A program made the position numbers and the translations under genes. A DNA stretch of 64,000 bases, from assembly GCA_026025795.1 (NCBI GenBank), contig JAPEUG010000056.1:1-64000 (forward strand), in the 5' to 3' direction. The stretch's first letter is position 1. Every line of letters begins with the position of its first letter. The notes beneath the pieces were generated by a model. It did no database searches. It was given only the letters and a program-made list of their open reading frames with translations, and was not told the DNA's origin. The stretch comes from Thelocarpon superellum. Taxonomy: Eukaryota. Of the stretch, positions 11,944 through 23,542 are shown piece after piece.

Positions 11944-13784
11944 TCATCCGCCGACGGCCTGACCCACCACCGCTCCCATCTCGCCAAAGAACAGAGCCTC
12001 TAGGACGGTCTCTCCCTCTTCGAGCGTCCACTGGCCAGCTGCGGCCAATTTCTGCTTCCATCGCTCTTTCTCGTGAGGCTGGAGCTCGTGCCATGGCTTT
12101 CCTTCCTTCTCCAGAACGTTGGCCGGCTGCGTCTGGACCTGCGGCGCATCGGGTCCATCTCTGACCATCACCCCAGCCTTGGACGTCATCCCCGAGCCAA
12201 TGTCATCCTGTAGCGGTGCCCCATTCAGCGAAGGATCCGCAACCTTGGCCTGCGGGACCACATTTTGAAGCCCCATACGACCCAACCCCCCCGGGCTACG
12301 TCCGACCCCGAAGTAGCCTTGTAAGAGGATGGCGAGGAGGATCACGATGAGGGAGGCCAAGACCGCTCTTGTGGGGGTCGAAAACCACGACGGGCTCACG
12401 AGCACGTACCGGCGTGAGCGGCCGGGGCCAGGCGTGGTGGTCAGCGGCAGCGTATGCACCACCACGGTGTTGCCCACGGAGACCGACGCCAGCTTGATGT
12501 ACTGGGGCGGCAGCGGCGCCGACGCCAGGCTTGCATTTTTGCGAGTCGGCGTCGGAGGAGGGGGAGGAAAGAAAGTGGAGAGGCAGACCCTTGTGATCTG
12601 CAGTGGATGCACATCCCGAAGAATCGCAAAGACGCGGAAGCCGCTGGGCTCTCCCGACGGCTTGATGTCGACGGCGAGCATTTCGATGGACGCATCTTGG
12701 CCCGACACCGCAATCACGGCTTGGTAGCCATCTTGCAGGGAATGGCCCAGGACGGTGACATCGAGGCCCGTCGCCGCTTTCATCGATCGATGCAGCACTT
12801 TGCGTCCGATGACCTCCCCAAAGCGACCGCTGATGCGCAAGATCGAGAGCTCCGCGCCGGTGCGCTTTGGTCGATTGGATAAGACGAGCAGCAGGGACGG
12901 CGTCAGGAAGCGCAGGGCGCGAAAGCTCGGGCGCGCTTTCTCACTGGCAAAGACGTCGGGGTGGGGGCAGACCCACACGACCTGGGGGTCAAGCTTGTCC
13001 TTGGCTGGAGAAGCACTCCGACGAACGGTACACCGTGCGATCTCGTAGGTGGTGCAGTACGCCACATGGTATTCCTTGTCGCTGGCTTCGATGATGTCCA
13101 CGTCGGCCGCCTCCTCGCCCTTGCCTAGGTTGATCCGGCCTCTGCTCGTGGTCGAGGCCGAGTCGAGCAAGACGATCTCTCCCTCGGGCGCGAGGCCGGT
13201 GGCGATGGCCGCCAGCCGCGACGTCGTCGCGGGCTTGCGCATGGGCGACAGGCGAAGGACTCGTTGATAGGTCTCCTTCTTGACCGCGGTGGAGGGTGAG
13301 AATCTGGAGGCTCGCGCCGTGGCCGTGATGCTCCCACTTCCCTTTCCGGACGCATTCTGGGATTTGCGGGAAGGGTAGTGGACGGCGAAGGATCGCAGGT
13401 GCTCATTCTGGTTGGCCGCCTGCGCAGCGGTGGACGAGTTGATGCCGGCGAGGGCTAGCGTCTTGTTCTTGCCCGTTCGATGCGCCACGGCTAGGGATGT
13501 GACTGAGTCCTCGTCGCGCGAAAGATCAATCTCGGCGACCTGCGTGAGAGTGGAGGGTGAGGAGGCGTCGAGGAGCGTCTGGCGACCGGTCGTGGTCAGC
13601 GTCTGGTAGTCTGTGGGGCCGTGGGTCGGGTGGGACGACGACGTACAATCTTGTTGCCAACGCCGCTGCGGCCTTCACCGCCTCCACCGCCTACGAGCAG
13701 GAATCGATCATCCTCGGGATCGAAGTCTGCGCCATAGAGCGGGTAGGAGAGGCTCGACTTGGCCACTGCGATCGACGGGGCCAT
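11944..13784 (-). CDS. Sec12/PREB-like Sar1 GEF (beta-propeller with C-terminal TM)
   Basis: N-terminus YPLYGADFDP...LLVGGGGGEGRSGVGNKI matches the Sec12 K-loop region. One intron follows, and there is a TM segment near the C-terminus. Confidence 0.8.
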
Positions 13785-14221
13785 GATGATGGGTCTGTCG
13801 ACGCTGGCTGCAGGCCAAGGATTTGGCAGGTGGGATGCGGGCCGCGCAACCGCGACCGGTTCATCGGGTTGGCATCGTATATCTATAGGATTTGCAGGCT
13901 GAACGGCATAGATCTCACGCAGACCCTGTTGAGGTCGAGGTGGCGGAGCAATTCGAGTGCTGGACGGTCAGGTACGGGACGTCAGCTGCCATTTGCCGGG
14001 TGCGTCGTGTAAGCTTTAGAAGGTCCAATCAACGCCGGGAGCGCTACGTCCAGCGGCATCTACGGAATAGGAGACGTTCCACCACCCGCAACCGACCACG
14101 CGCCTGATCATGCCGGTCGCACGTCCTCCGTGTCTCAGCCGTCTTCGTCTCTCATGGCCATCGTGATAAGCATACGTAGAGCCAAGTCAGAATGGGCACA
14201 TCTATCATCTCAAGGCCGTAA

Positions 14222-15493
14222 TCATAATTGGAACTTCGTTCGCTGTTTCTCCATCCCTCCTCTCCATTCCCATTCCACCTGCCCATTGCTTCCCGCTCGG
14301 CCAATGCCTTTGTCGATGCGTCTGAGCTTCATCGTGAAGCGGGGCCCAAGCTCCTGCAGGCCCGCTCGGATCTCTTCCGCGCCTTTGACTTCCTTGCCGT
14401 CGGAGCCGATCACACTTTTCTCCGTCGGCCGTTTGTCGCGGAAGACGTAGCGATGCCGCCGCACGAAGATGTAGTCTCGCTGGTTGTGTAGCGTCACCAC
14501 CTGCCGCCCCTGTAGCTCGGGCTGGGGCGGAAAGAGTGAGCGGAACAGATGGGCCGTCAACAGACCGAGCGGCGTGCGGAAGTTGTTGAGGATGAGCTCG
14601 GGCCAGTGGTTGGTGGGGTTGCCGTGGCCCGGCAACTTCTTACCCTCGACCCAGTTGCTGATGGAGAAGTGAAACGTCGGCCCACGAGGCAGGTGCACCA
14701 CCGACAGGCCCGTCACCTTCTTCTGATCCTCCTTTAGAATGACCAGGGCCGTGTAGGCGCGGTTTGCGGCGAAGGAGGAGATCTCGCGCACCGAGAACTT
14801 GTGCCCATACCGATGGGCCGATCGAGGGATGTAGACGCTGTGAGGCAGGAGGGTAGTGAGCAGATGCGCCTCCTGATGCAAGGTCGAATTGAGGGAGGTC
14901 GTCACGAGGATTTTGGGGATGGGCATGGGATCTTGACTGAACAAGGACGGAAACTTGGCCGCCAGCGCCTCGGGGGTCAGCTCCAACTTGGCGCTTATGG
15001 TGGAACCCGCAGGGCTCGAGGCGCGCGGCCACGGATCTGTCTGCGACAATCGCGCCTCTCCCGAGCTCTCGTCATCGCGTGATGATTCGGATTCGGAGTC
15101 GGAGTCCAGCATGCTGTCGGCCTCTTCGTCCGGCACCCCAACGGCCGCGTCCGCCGCGTCCGCCGCGTCCGCGCCATCGTTGGCCTCGGGCTCCGGTCGT
15201 GATCGCTTCAGCCGCTCGACGTCGACACTCCGTCCCAGTCCGTCGTCCGCCGCGTCCGACATCTCGTCCCACACTCGTTTTCGATCCAACGTCGCCGGCA
15301 CATTTCGGCGTTGGCGTTCGCTCCGTAACCGCGGATCTTTGTCCTCTTCCCGCCGTCTGCGGAAGCGTTCGTCTCTCTTGAGAATGTCCCGCTCTTTCTT
15401 CTGCTTGATGTGCAGCGCCTGCCGTTTGTCCTTGTTGGCGGTCTTAAAGGAAAGAGACGCCTTGGACGACGGCTTTCTCTTCTTCGACATCAT
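14222..15493 (-). CDS. RPF1: Brix-domain ribosome biogenesis protein Rpf1
   Basis: HGNPTNHWPELILNNFRTPLG, HNQRDYIFVRRHRYVF and the sigma-like motif LQELGPRFTMKL. Confidence 0.9.
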   Translation of the reverse strand: MMSKKRKPSSKASLSFKTANKDKRQALHIKQKKERDILKRDERFRRRREEDKDPRLRSERQRRNVPATLDRKRVWDEMSDAADDGLGRSVDVERLKRSRPEPEANDGADAADAADAAVGVPDEEADSMLDSDSESESSRDDESSGEARLSQTDPWPRASSPAGSTISAKLELTPEALAAKFPSLFSQDPMPIPKILVTTSLNSTLHQEAHLLTTLLPHSVYIPRSAHRYGHKFSVREISSFAANRAYTALVILKEDQKKVTGLSVVHLPRGPTFHFSISNWVEGKKLPGHGNPTNHWPELILNNFRTPLGLLTAHLFRSLFPPQPELQGRQVVTLHNQRDYIFVRRHRYVFRDKRPTEKSVIGSDGKEVKGAEEIRAGLQELGPRFTMKLRRIDKGIGRAGSNGQVEWEWRGGMEKQRTKFQL

Positions 15494-15730
15494 CGTGAGT
15501 GACCCAGAACGTCGATTGGTAGGATGAGCGACCTGAGACTAGACAGCTCGAAGCACAAATAGCGATCTCGGAAGGTTGGTGGGCAGCCATGGAAAAACGT
15601 TTTGCCGAGACGCCAACTCCCAACGCCACAGAAGTGCCGATGCCGATGCTGTGCCATCCCAAGGTCTTCGATTCCTGCCATGCTGCCGATCTTGAGTCAG
15701 CTGCGGTGCTGACCGTCATTGATCAGGTAC

Positions 15731-17973
15731 ATGCACCAGCTGCGTCTTCTGGGGCGCTGCACTCGACAGATCGCTCGTGCCGCCTTGGTGCGGCGCCCGA
15801 GTCTCTGTCGGGGCATCACAAGCACAGGCCCTGGCTTGTTCAATGGCGCCCTCCGACCACGCTCTCATGCCCAAGTCGTCGCGGCAACCACGAAGACCGG
15901 AGGCGCGTTTGATCGATCTTCCTTCGATGCACTCCTCCGTCGTCGGCTGTTCTATACTCCGGCCTTTGAGGTCTACGGCGGCGTGTCCGGCCTCTACGAC
16001 TATGGCCCTCCCGGGTGCGCGCTGCAAGCCAACATCATTGATCTCTGGCGGAAGCATTTCGTGCTCGAGGAGGACATGCTCGAAGTGGATTGCGCCGTCT
16101 TAACACCGCAAGACGTGCTCAAGACGAGTGGACATGTGGATCGATTTGCCGATTGGCTCTGCAAAGACCCCAGCACGGGTGAAGTCTTTCGCGCCGATCA
16201 TCTCATCACCGACGTCCTTCACACGCGGCTGCGAAGGGATCGTGAGGCCCGCGTCCGAGAAGAGGAGCGTCTTGCGGACGGGGCCACCGCTGCCAGACCA
16301 GCTCCCACGAGATCTAAAAGCAAGGGGACCAAGCTGGAGGAGGACGTGATCCAGCAGTACGAGGCCGTCCTCGCCAAGGTATGTGGTGCCTGGTCTTATC
16401 ACGATGGCGAGAGGCTGACGGAGATGCGGGTAGATCGAAGACTGCGATGGCCCTGAACTGGCGCGTCTGATCGAGTACCACCAGATCACGAACCCGGCCA
16501 CGGGGGAGAAATTATCCCCACCGACGGCGTTCAATCTCATGTTCCCGACCTCGATCGGACCCAGTACGAACATGCCAGGATATCTCCGGCCGGAGACGGC
16601 ACAAGGCCAATTCCTCAACTTCCAGAAGCTCTACCTGGCCAACCAACAGTCCATGCCCTTTGCGTCGGCGTCCATCGGCAAGTGTTTTCGTAACGAGATT
16701 GCCCCCCGGTCGGGCCTCCTCCGTGTTCGGGAATTCATGTTGGCTGAGATCGAGCATTATATCGATCCCGCCGCCGGCAAACGACACGACCGTTTTGGCG
16801 AGGTCAGAGACGTCACGCTCGCCTTTCTTCCCCGCGCGGTCCAACAGGACGGGCGGGATAGTGTGGAGCGGATGAGCATTGGCCAGGCCGTGTCTTCTGG
16901 CATCGTGGACAACGAGACCCTCGGATACTTCCTGGCGCGCGTGCAGCTGTTTCTCGAAAAGGTGGGGATTGACGCGTCGAAGCTTCGATTCCGGCAGCAC
17001 ATGGCGAATGAGATGGCACATTACGCCGTCGACTGCTGGGACGCCGAGGTCCTCACCAGCGCCGGCTGGATGGAATGCGTGGGATGTGCCGATCGCAGCG
17101 CATTCGATCTCCACGCACATGCGGTCAAGACGGGCGCCGCCCTCACGGTGCGAGCGACGCGGCCGGAGCCCTTACGCGTCGAGGAATGGCAGGTGGACCT
17201 AGAGCCCAAGACGTTTGGGCCCCACTTCAAAATGGATGGATCGCTCGTGAAAGCGGCGTTGGCGGCGCTGACACAGGCGCAATTGAACGAGCTTGCACGC
17301 ACCTTGCATCGAGACGGGAAGATCACCCTGGCGGTGCCCGGCGTAGGCACAGGCGCGGTGGAGCTTACGCGTGACATGATTGCCGTCGTCCGACGCTCGA
17401 GAGTGGAGCACGTACGTGAATACACGCCCAACGTGATCGAGCCGTCGTTTGGCCTCGGTCGCATTCTCTACAGCCTGATGGAACATGTCTACTGGACCCG
17501 GTCGGGCCTTGATGATCGTGGGGTAGGTCTGGCTCAGTGTGGCGTTGGAGCTGCGGCCTGGGTCTGGCTAACTCTCCGGCCAGGTGCTGTCCTTTCCCAT
17601 CGCGGTCGCTCCCACCAAGGTTCTGATCGCGCCCTTGCTGAGCCACGCGTCGATGAAACCCGTGGTCCGACGGCTGTCACAGCAGCTACGTGCGCTCGGC
17701 GTCGCCCATCGCGTGGATGAATCCTCGTCGAGCATCGGACGGCGGTACAGCCGCCACGACGAAATCGGGACGCCGTTGGGTCTCACGGTCGATCCGCAAT
17801 CGGTCCAAGACGGTTCCCTGACCCTCCGAGACCGGGACAGCATGAGGCAGGTACGCGGTAGCGAGGCGGACATTCTCCGGGCCATCCAGCATCTGGTCGA
17901 GGGCCGAGAGACGTGGCTTGACGTGAAGGGCCGACTGCCAGAAGTCCTTGTACCAGAGGTCCATGATGACTAG
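15731..17973 (+). CDS. Glycyl-tRNA synthetase (alpha2 type) with mitochondrial presequence
   Basis: Motifs [38 protein letters not shown] and [11 protein letters not shown], then an anticodon-binding domain. Introns near 16379 and 17523. Arg-rich N-terminus without acidic residues. Confidence 0.92.
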
Positions 17974-19656
17974 GCCGCGATTGAGATCGGGGCGTGCGAG
18001 GACGAGAGCCCGGGGCGGGCAATAGCGCAGCACTGCCGTCTGTGGAGCAGGATGAAGGCAGGCCCCGACCTTGTGCAACCCGCGTAGCCTATGTGACGAG
18101 CCAGCCCTTACGCGAGAAGCGACCGACAACCGACGACGCCAGCGGCCGCCAGCGTGGCGGCGCCAATGCGCGCCCCGTTCCGTTCCGGCCAAGGGCGAGG
18201 ATGAGGATGAGCTGCAATGGCGAATGAGCCGTAGGCCCCGATGCATCGATGCATGCAGGTGCCACTTGGCGAACCTTGTACCTCTAGGCTTGGCCGAGCA
18301 GGGCTGCGCGTTATCCATGACCTTCCGTGGCTACCAGTCTCATCGTGACATGCGATTGTATTGCTCTGTGAGTCATGCCATCTCGATCGCTTTGGCCCGT
18401 ATTGCTTAGCACAAGCAATTAGGGTGGAGACGCTCCCGCTCGAGGTTGGACGAGCATTCGTCCGGTGCGGCGTGGTACGCCCCTCGAAAATGAGGTGGTC
18501 GGTCACACTGCAGTATTGGATTCATTTCGGACCGTCCATCCGAACTCGCGCCCCCCAGCCAGACGAGCACTCGTCTGAATGTGCCCCATAGCCGTAGCAA
18601 ACGAGGAGCAGGGGAAGCGGCAGAGGCGCCCCATGGCGTTCCGTGGCGCCTCTTGGGCCGAGAGACCCGCCAGCTGATCGCCTGGGCATCGTCCCTAGCA
18701 AGGCAAACAAAGCAAAGGTTACGAAAGGATCCGGCCCCGCCGCCTATTTTCCTACTCGTACTTATTCTTGTTGTCTTCGGATGCAGCGTGATGCAAGCAC
18801 AGAGTTCGGCTCAGCCAGGGCCGGGGCACGGTGAGATGCTCTAGTGTGCTGCGGGATCACTAGGCGCTCCGGCCCGAGATAGCAATCGCTTAGCAGCAAG
18901 CTGTCGAGGGTGAGGGCGGAGGTGCTTGTCACAGCGTATGAGCACATCCGGGGGAGGGAGGCGGGAGACGGAGAGTTTGCTCTGCTCCATAAGCAGTCCT
19001 CAACTTGCTAGGCGCCGTGTTCATGACCGTATCACAGCCATTCATGGTAGTCCCGTACTGCCGTTCGTACTTGGCGGGTAGGAAGGAATCCTGGGCATGG
19101 ACGAGTTCCGGTCGCTACCTTGGCCAGCTCTGCCGCGTTACCCCGCGAGCGCGAGGCCCACGACGCGTTCTGGCGAGTCGAGCCTGAACACCTGTAGTGG
19201 TGCTCGGCACTGCTCGCCGGTGCTGTGGTTACCCGCATGACAGTGACGCCCGCCGTCAGCCTGAACCGCGCGCCCTCCAGATCGGCACGGGCGTTAATTG
19301 CTGCCCCCGGTTCCGTGCAGCCCCACGGGCAAGTCCAGGCTATCAATCCTGCGTAGCTTGTTGCGAGGTTCGCTCTCCGCCCAGCGCCGCGGGCCCTGCG
19401 TGCAAACTGAGCTTACGACTCGCCGGGGGCGCCAAATGCCATTCGAGTACAAGTAACTCCCCACATCCTGGCCGACGCACCATGGTGCTGGCTTCCCGCG
19501 GACCTAGATATGAGTCCCGGCGTGCACCCTCTCCTTACTCGTCCCTGCTCTGTGCGTCGTCAGTTCGACTGGTATCCGCCGGTGAGGATGCTTCCATGGT
19601 CATGACAGTGACCTCCGTCGTACCCGAACGCTGTGCCTCTTACACCTCAGCCGCCC

Positions 19657-20858
19657 ATGGTCAAGCGGCATGGAGAGCCTGACCCAAAGGCCTCCTCTTC
19701 CGTCCAAGGGGACTCATACCCCCATCGCGTGGGGAACCATGACGAGCGAGGCAAGCAAAGCACCGACGCCACCGATGCTGAAGCGTCGGATCGATATTCC
19801 GGCCAGTACGTCTGCAGTGTCGGCGGACAGATGAGGAGACGGCTAACTGACGGTGCGCAGCACGTCCACCAAGTCTCTTGTTGGGAGCGTCCTCGACGAT
19901 CCCATTGAGCATGGCCGGCGTTATCATGGGCTGGGGCGGGACGGGTACTTTTTGCCGAACGACGAGGTCAGTGCAATCGATCAATGAGTCGATGAGTGCA
20001 TGGGCCCCTGCTGACGGCGGCACGCATTACCAGCAAGAACAAACGCGCCTCAACATCCTGCACCAGATGTACCTCTTACTCCTCGATGGAGAATTGACGT
20101 TGGCGCCCCTTCCCGCCGCGCCGGAGCGAATCCTGGACATTGGGACGGGAACGGGCGAATGGGCCATTGGGATGGCGGAACTATATCCATTCGCCGACGT
20201 TACGGGGACGGATATTTCGGCGATTCAGCCCGATGCCGTGCCATCCAACGTGTTTTTCGAAGTGGATGACGCGGAGGGCGAATGGACCTTTTCCGCAACC
20301 TATGACCTGATCCACATCCGCAATCTCGCTGGGGCCTTTAAGGACTGGCCCGCCATCTACCGCGAATGCTACCGTCATCTGAAGCCCGGCGGCTACCTGG
20401 AGGTGATAGATACGGAGCACATTCAAATGGCTGCGTCCTCGCCAAACTCATACATTACCATCTTCGTCAGCGCGCTGCGCGAAGCGGCGGACAAGGCGGG
20501 ACGACCATGGGGAACGGAGCACCTGAAGCGGAGCATGTTCGAAGCCGCCGGATTTCGCGACATTGTGAGCGTGACGAAGAAGGTACCCGTGGGACCATGG
20601 CCGACGGACCCGATCCGGAAGACCATAGGCAAGATGTGGTTGATTGGATTGATGGAGGCGGCCGAGGGGGGCAGCCTGCGGCTTTTGACGCGCGAGTTGG
20701 ATTGGAAGGCCGAGGACGTCTTGGATCTGTGCGAGAAGACCAAGGCAGCGTTGAAGGAAAGAACGATGCGCATGGAAACACCCATGAAGTTTGTCGTGGC
20801 GCGTAAACCGCTCTCTGATACCACGGGCGCTACTACACCTACGACCATGGAGGATTAG
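19657..20858 (+). CDS. SAM-dependent methyltransferase, LaeA-like (LLM/TAM family)
   Basis: Spliced product reads IEHGRRYHG...YFLPNDE-QEQTRLNILH, with ILDIGTGTGEWAI, DISAIQP and LKPGGYLE. Two introns. The start codon is uncertain. Confidence 0.85.
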
Positions 20859-21210
20859 GAAAGGAGTCCCGTTGGGTTCCCACACCACTACTTTGTCGAC
20901 ATCTCCTCGGCGACATGCCGAATGAATAAAGACGCACGGATGCAAATTGCCCTGCAAGTGTGCTGAGGGAGGTGTGAGGAGGAATGTGAGATATTAAGAA
21001 ATGCGAGCAACCATAGACCATAAAGCCAGGTATGTGCCCCGGCTACCCAACCCACGGAGAATATACAGCGTGCGCCATAAAGGATGAACGACGAGTAAGT
21101 AGCAAAGAGCTATGTCTAAAGACACAGCAAATAGATAGATTACGATCAGGAAGAGCTATGGAGAGGATCAGAAGCTATAGGCAGATGTATAAGCGCCCTG
21201 CCCGTCGAGG

Positions 21211-21356
21211 GTCTTGGTGGCTTAGCTGGTTAAAGCGTCGGTCTCATAGTGAAATATGCCTAGCCCGCCTCGCATTACGTCGACGATTTCGATAAATGAG
21301 ATGGTTACAACGGGTTGGATATCCGAAGGTCGAGGGTTCGAATCCCTCCCAGGACA
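21211..21356 (+). tRNA. tRNA-Met (elongator, anticodon CAT) with 72-nt intron
   Basis: Acceptor stem GTCTTGG/CCAGGAC, D-arm TGGCTTAGCTGGTTAAAGCG, anticodon arm TCGGT-CTCATA^ATCCGA and T-arm GAGGGTTCGAATCCCTC. Intron at 21249-21320. A T-run follows. Confidence 0.92.
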
Positions 21357-21358
21357 TC

Positions 21359-21363
21359 TTTTT
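21359..21363 (+). terminator. RNA polymerase III terminator (T5)
   Basis: TTTTT immediately after the tRNA 3' end. Confidence 0.7.
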
Positions 21364-21588
21364 GGTTCCCTCATCTTTTTCTTCTCATCCTCCTCCTTCT
21401 CCTCTATTTCTCTTGTTGTAGAGGTGCTGGGTGGAGCGCATCTGTTATCGCTGGCTGGCTGGCTATGTGCTATGATTATAGATGGGGAGGTGGGATGTCG
21501 TGTCTTTGCAACCTACCAGAAACCCTTATCCTCGGCCGTCCACGTTCTGAATCCATGTACATTACGTACCCATTGATGAGTAGGACAA

Positions 21589-23064
21589 TCAGCATGGAAA
21601 CATCCGGGTGGTGCTCAGATTCACACGATTCCACCGCCTCCCGTCTCTGATGGCCAGCAGGAACTTGGCAGGCCAGTAAACGTGATACATCCACCACCAC
21701 GGCAACGGGTCCCACAGCTCAAAGGTCGCCTCTCTCCACGTGAGCAGGTGCGAGATGAAGACGCGGATGCTGGCGATGAAGGCGCGCATGCTCGTGCCTC
21801 TGCTCAGGAGTTGGAATAGTGGTACCAGCACCAGCGATACCAGGTCGTGGCCGATCCAGTAACATGGCATTGGTCGCGTGGGTACCACGACCGGAGTTGG
21901 ATATTCGTCGGCCCGGCGGACGGTGTCAGAAGTCCCGTGCTCGAGGACTGAGAGATACGCGTCGGATACGGCGCGGGGTGAGGTCTGCATGAGCACGACA
22001 GCCGTGTGGGGCCGTGGGTTGCATTCGATCGGATACAGCGTCGGCTTGTCCCTCTCGTCCTCCACCAGGAAATCCAGCGACAGATGGCCGTTCATGCTCT
22101 CGTTGCTGCGGCTCACCAGCATCTGCGTGTACTCCTGCATGGCTCTGCTCAGGACGGAGTCTGGTGCCAGCGCGGCGTAATGCATGACCATCTCAGACGA
22201 CGGACAGGCCACAAAGACCCGCACGTCGTTCTGCACAATCATCGCATGCGAGCAGTACTCCCTGCCGCGGATGAAACGCTGCAGGATCCAGGGACTTGAC
22301 GGTGAGATGTCCAGCGTGGAGAGATGCTGGTATGTCTCGCTGGGGGTTGGTCGAGGAAGCAGCGTGAGGTCGCCGCGGGTTGTGAGGTCCGTGTCGATGC
22401 TCTTGAGGATGAAGCGCTTCTCGCCGGCGTCTTGGAGGACTTGGTGCACCGCCGCGCGCGAGTCGACCCGGTGCGTTTCCGGCGTCGCCAGGCCCAGGTC
22501 CGCCGCGTACTTCATGAAGGAGTCTTTCTCGTGCAGTGTCTTGGTGAGCCCGCCGCCGAACTGGACCGCGCGACATCCGCTCTGCGCTTCTATCATCTGA
22601 GCGGCCTGTCCGTCTGCCGTCGAGGACTCGAGGCTCGAACAGCTGATCCAGAGATCCACCTTCTCCTGCTGTACGATCGTGAGGAGCTGGTGCAGGTACG
22701 TGGCCGAGCCATTCGCCGGCGTCGGTACGGTCACGGTGAAGAATTTCTTCAACGACCGCGAATATCGCCCGTTGACAGGGACGCCGTCGGGCTCGAAGTC
22801 TGCGCCTATGACTACGTGGCCTGCGAGATAGAGGGTTCGTGCCAGGGCGAGGCCCTTCGTCATGCTTACCCCCGTCACGAGGATCGTCTTTGAGACCGTG
22901 GGTGCTCCTGGTCCATGGCGGGCTCGCACGGACGCGGGGTCCCGTATGAGGAGACGGCTGAAGAGGAGAACGAAGGTGTCGAGGGGCAGAAAGACGAGAC
23001 TGAGGAGGACGAGGAAACAACCTTGGGCGACATGCGCCCATGGTGGAGACGAGGAGTCGAGCAT
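21589..23064 (-). CDS. ATP-grasp ligase of mycosporine biosynthesis (MysC-like)
   Basis: Intronless 491 aa. Hydrophobic N-terminus, ILVTGVSMTKGLALAR, GRYSRS, WILQRFIRGREYCSH, GHLSLDF and YPIECNPRPHTA. Adjacent to DDGS. Confidence 0.9.
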   Translation of the reverse strand: MLDSSSPPWAHVAQGCFLVLLSLVFLPLDTFVLLFSRLLIRDPASVRARHGPGAPTVSKTILVTGVSMTKGLALARTLYLAGHVVIGADFEPDGVPVNGRYSRSLKKFFTVTVPTPANGSATYLHQLLTIVQQEKVDLWISCSSLESSTADGQAAQMIEAQSGCRAVQFGGGLTKTLHEKDSFMKYAADLGLATPETHRVDSRAAVHQVLQDAGEKRFILKSIDTDLTTRGDLTLLPRPTPSETYQHLSTLDISPSSPWILQRFIRGREYCSHAMIVQNDVRVFVACPSSEMVMHYAALAPDSVLSRAMQEYTQMLVSRSNESMNGHLSLDFLVEDERDKPTLYPIECNPRPHTAVVLMQTSPRAVSDAYLSVLEHGTSDTVRRADEYPTPVVVPTRPMPCYWIGHDLVSLVLVPLFQLLSRGTSMRAFIASIRVFISHLLTWREATFELWDPLPWWWMYHVYWPAKFLLAIRDGRRWNRVNLSTTRMFPC

Positions 23065-23542
23065 CGTACGAAAGGTACGGAGCCGTTTCTCAAGACAGAC
23101 GATACGTACCTGGAACGATGAAGCTGACAGGACATTTTTGAAGTCGCCATGTGAGAAAGACTGCAGTCACAAATTGGACAGAGACTCCACCCTCATCTCG
23201 ACGGATCGTCTTGAGTTGCTCCGACGAGTCATTGACGTCAGTATCCCATGTTGTATCACCCGACGATGAACGAGATGCAGAATGCACTTCGGACGAATCC
23301 AGCATCTATCGCTGCGGGAGCTTGCAGTGTCTCAGAGAGCCCCCCTTGCAGATAGCGGACAATTGATTCCACGTGTATATCTCTGCTGACCTGAGTGGTG
23401 GATGAGATAGTCGGAACCCGGAGGGCCTTTTCTATTCCATTACACTGTGGCCTTGCTCATTATCGTGTTCGCTGCCTACTCTGGTGTCCATGAAGGATGT
23501 GCGAGCCTAAGTACCTTCGTGATAAAGAAGTGCGCAGCAAAT

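Noticed and set aside
17980..19600. Short ORFs between GlyRS and the methyltransferase
   Set aside because: No recognisable domains, coding bias or consistent splice pattern.
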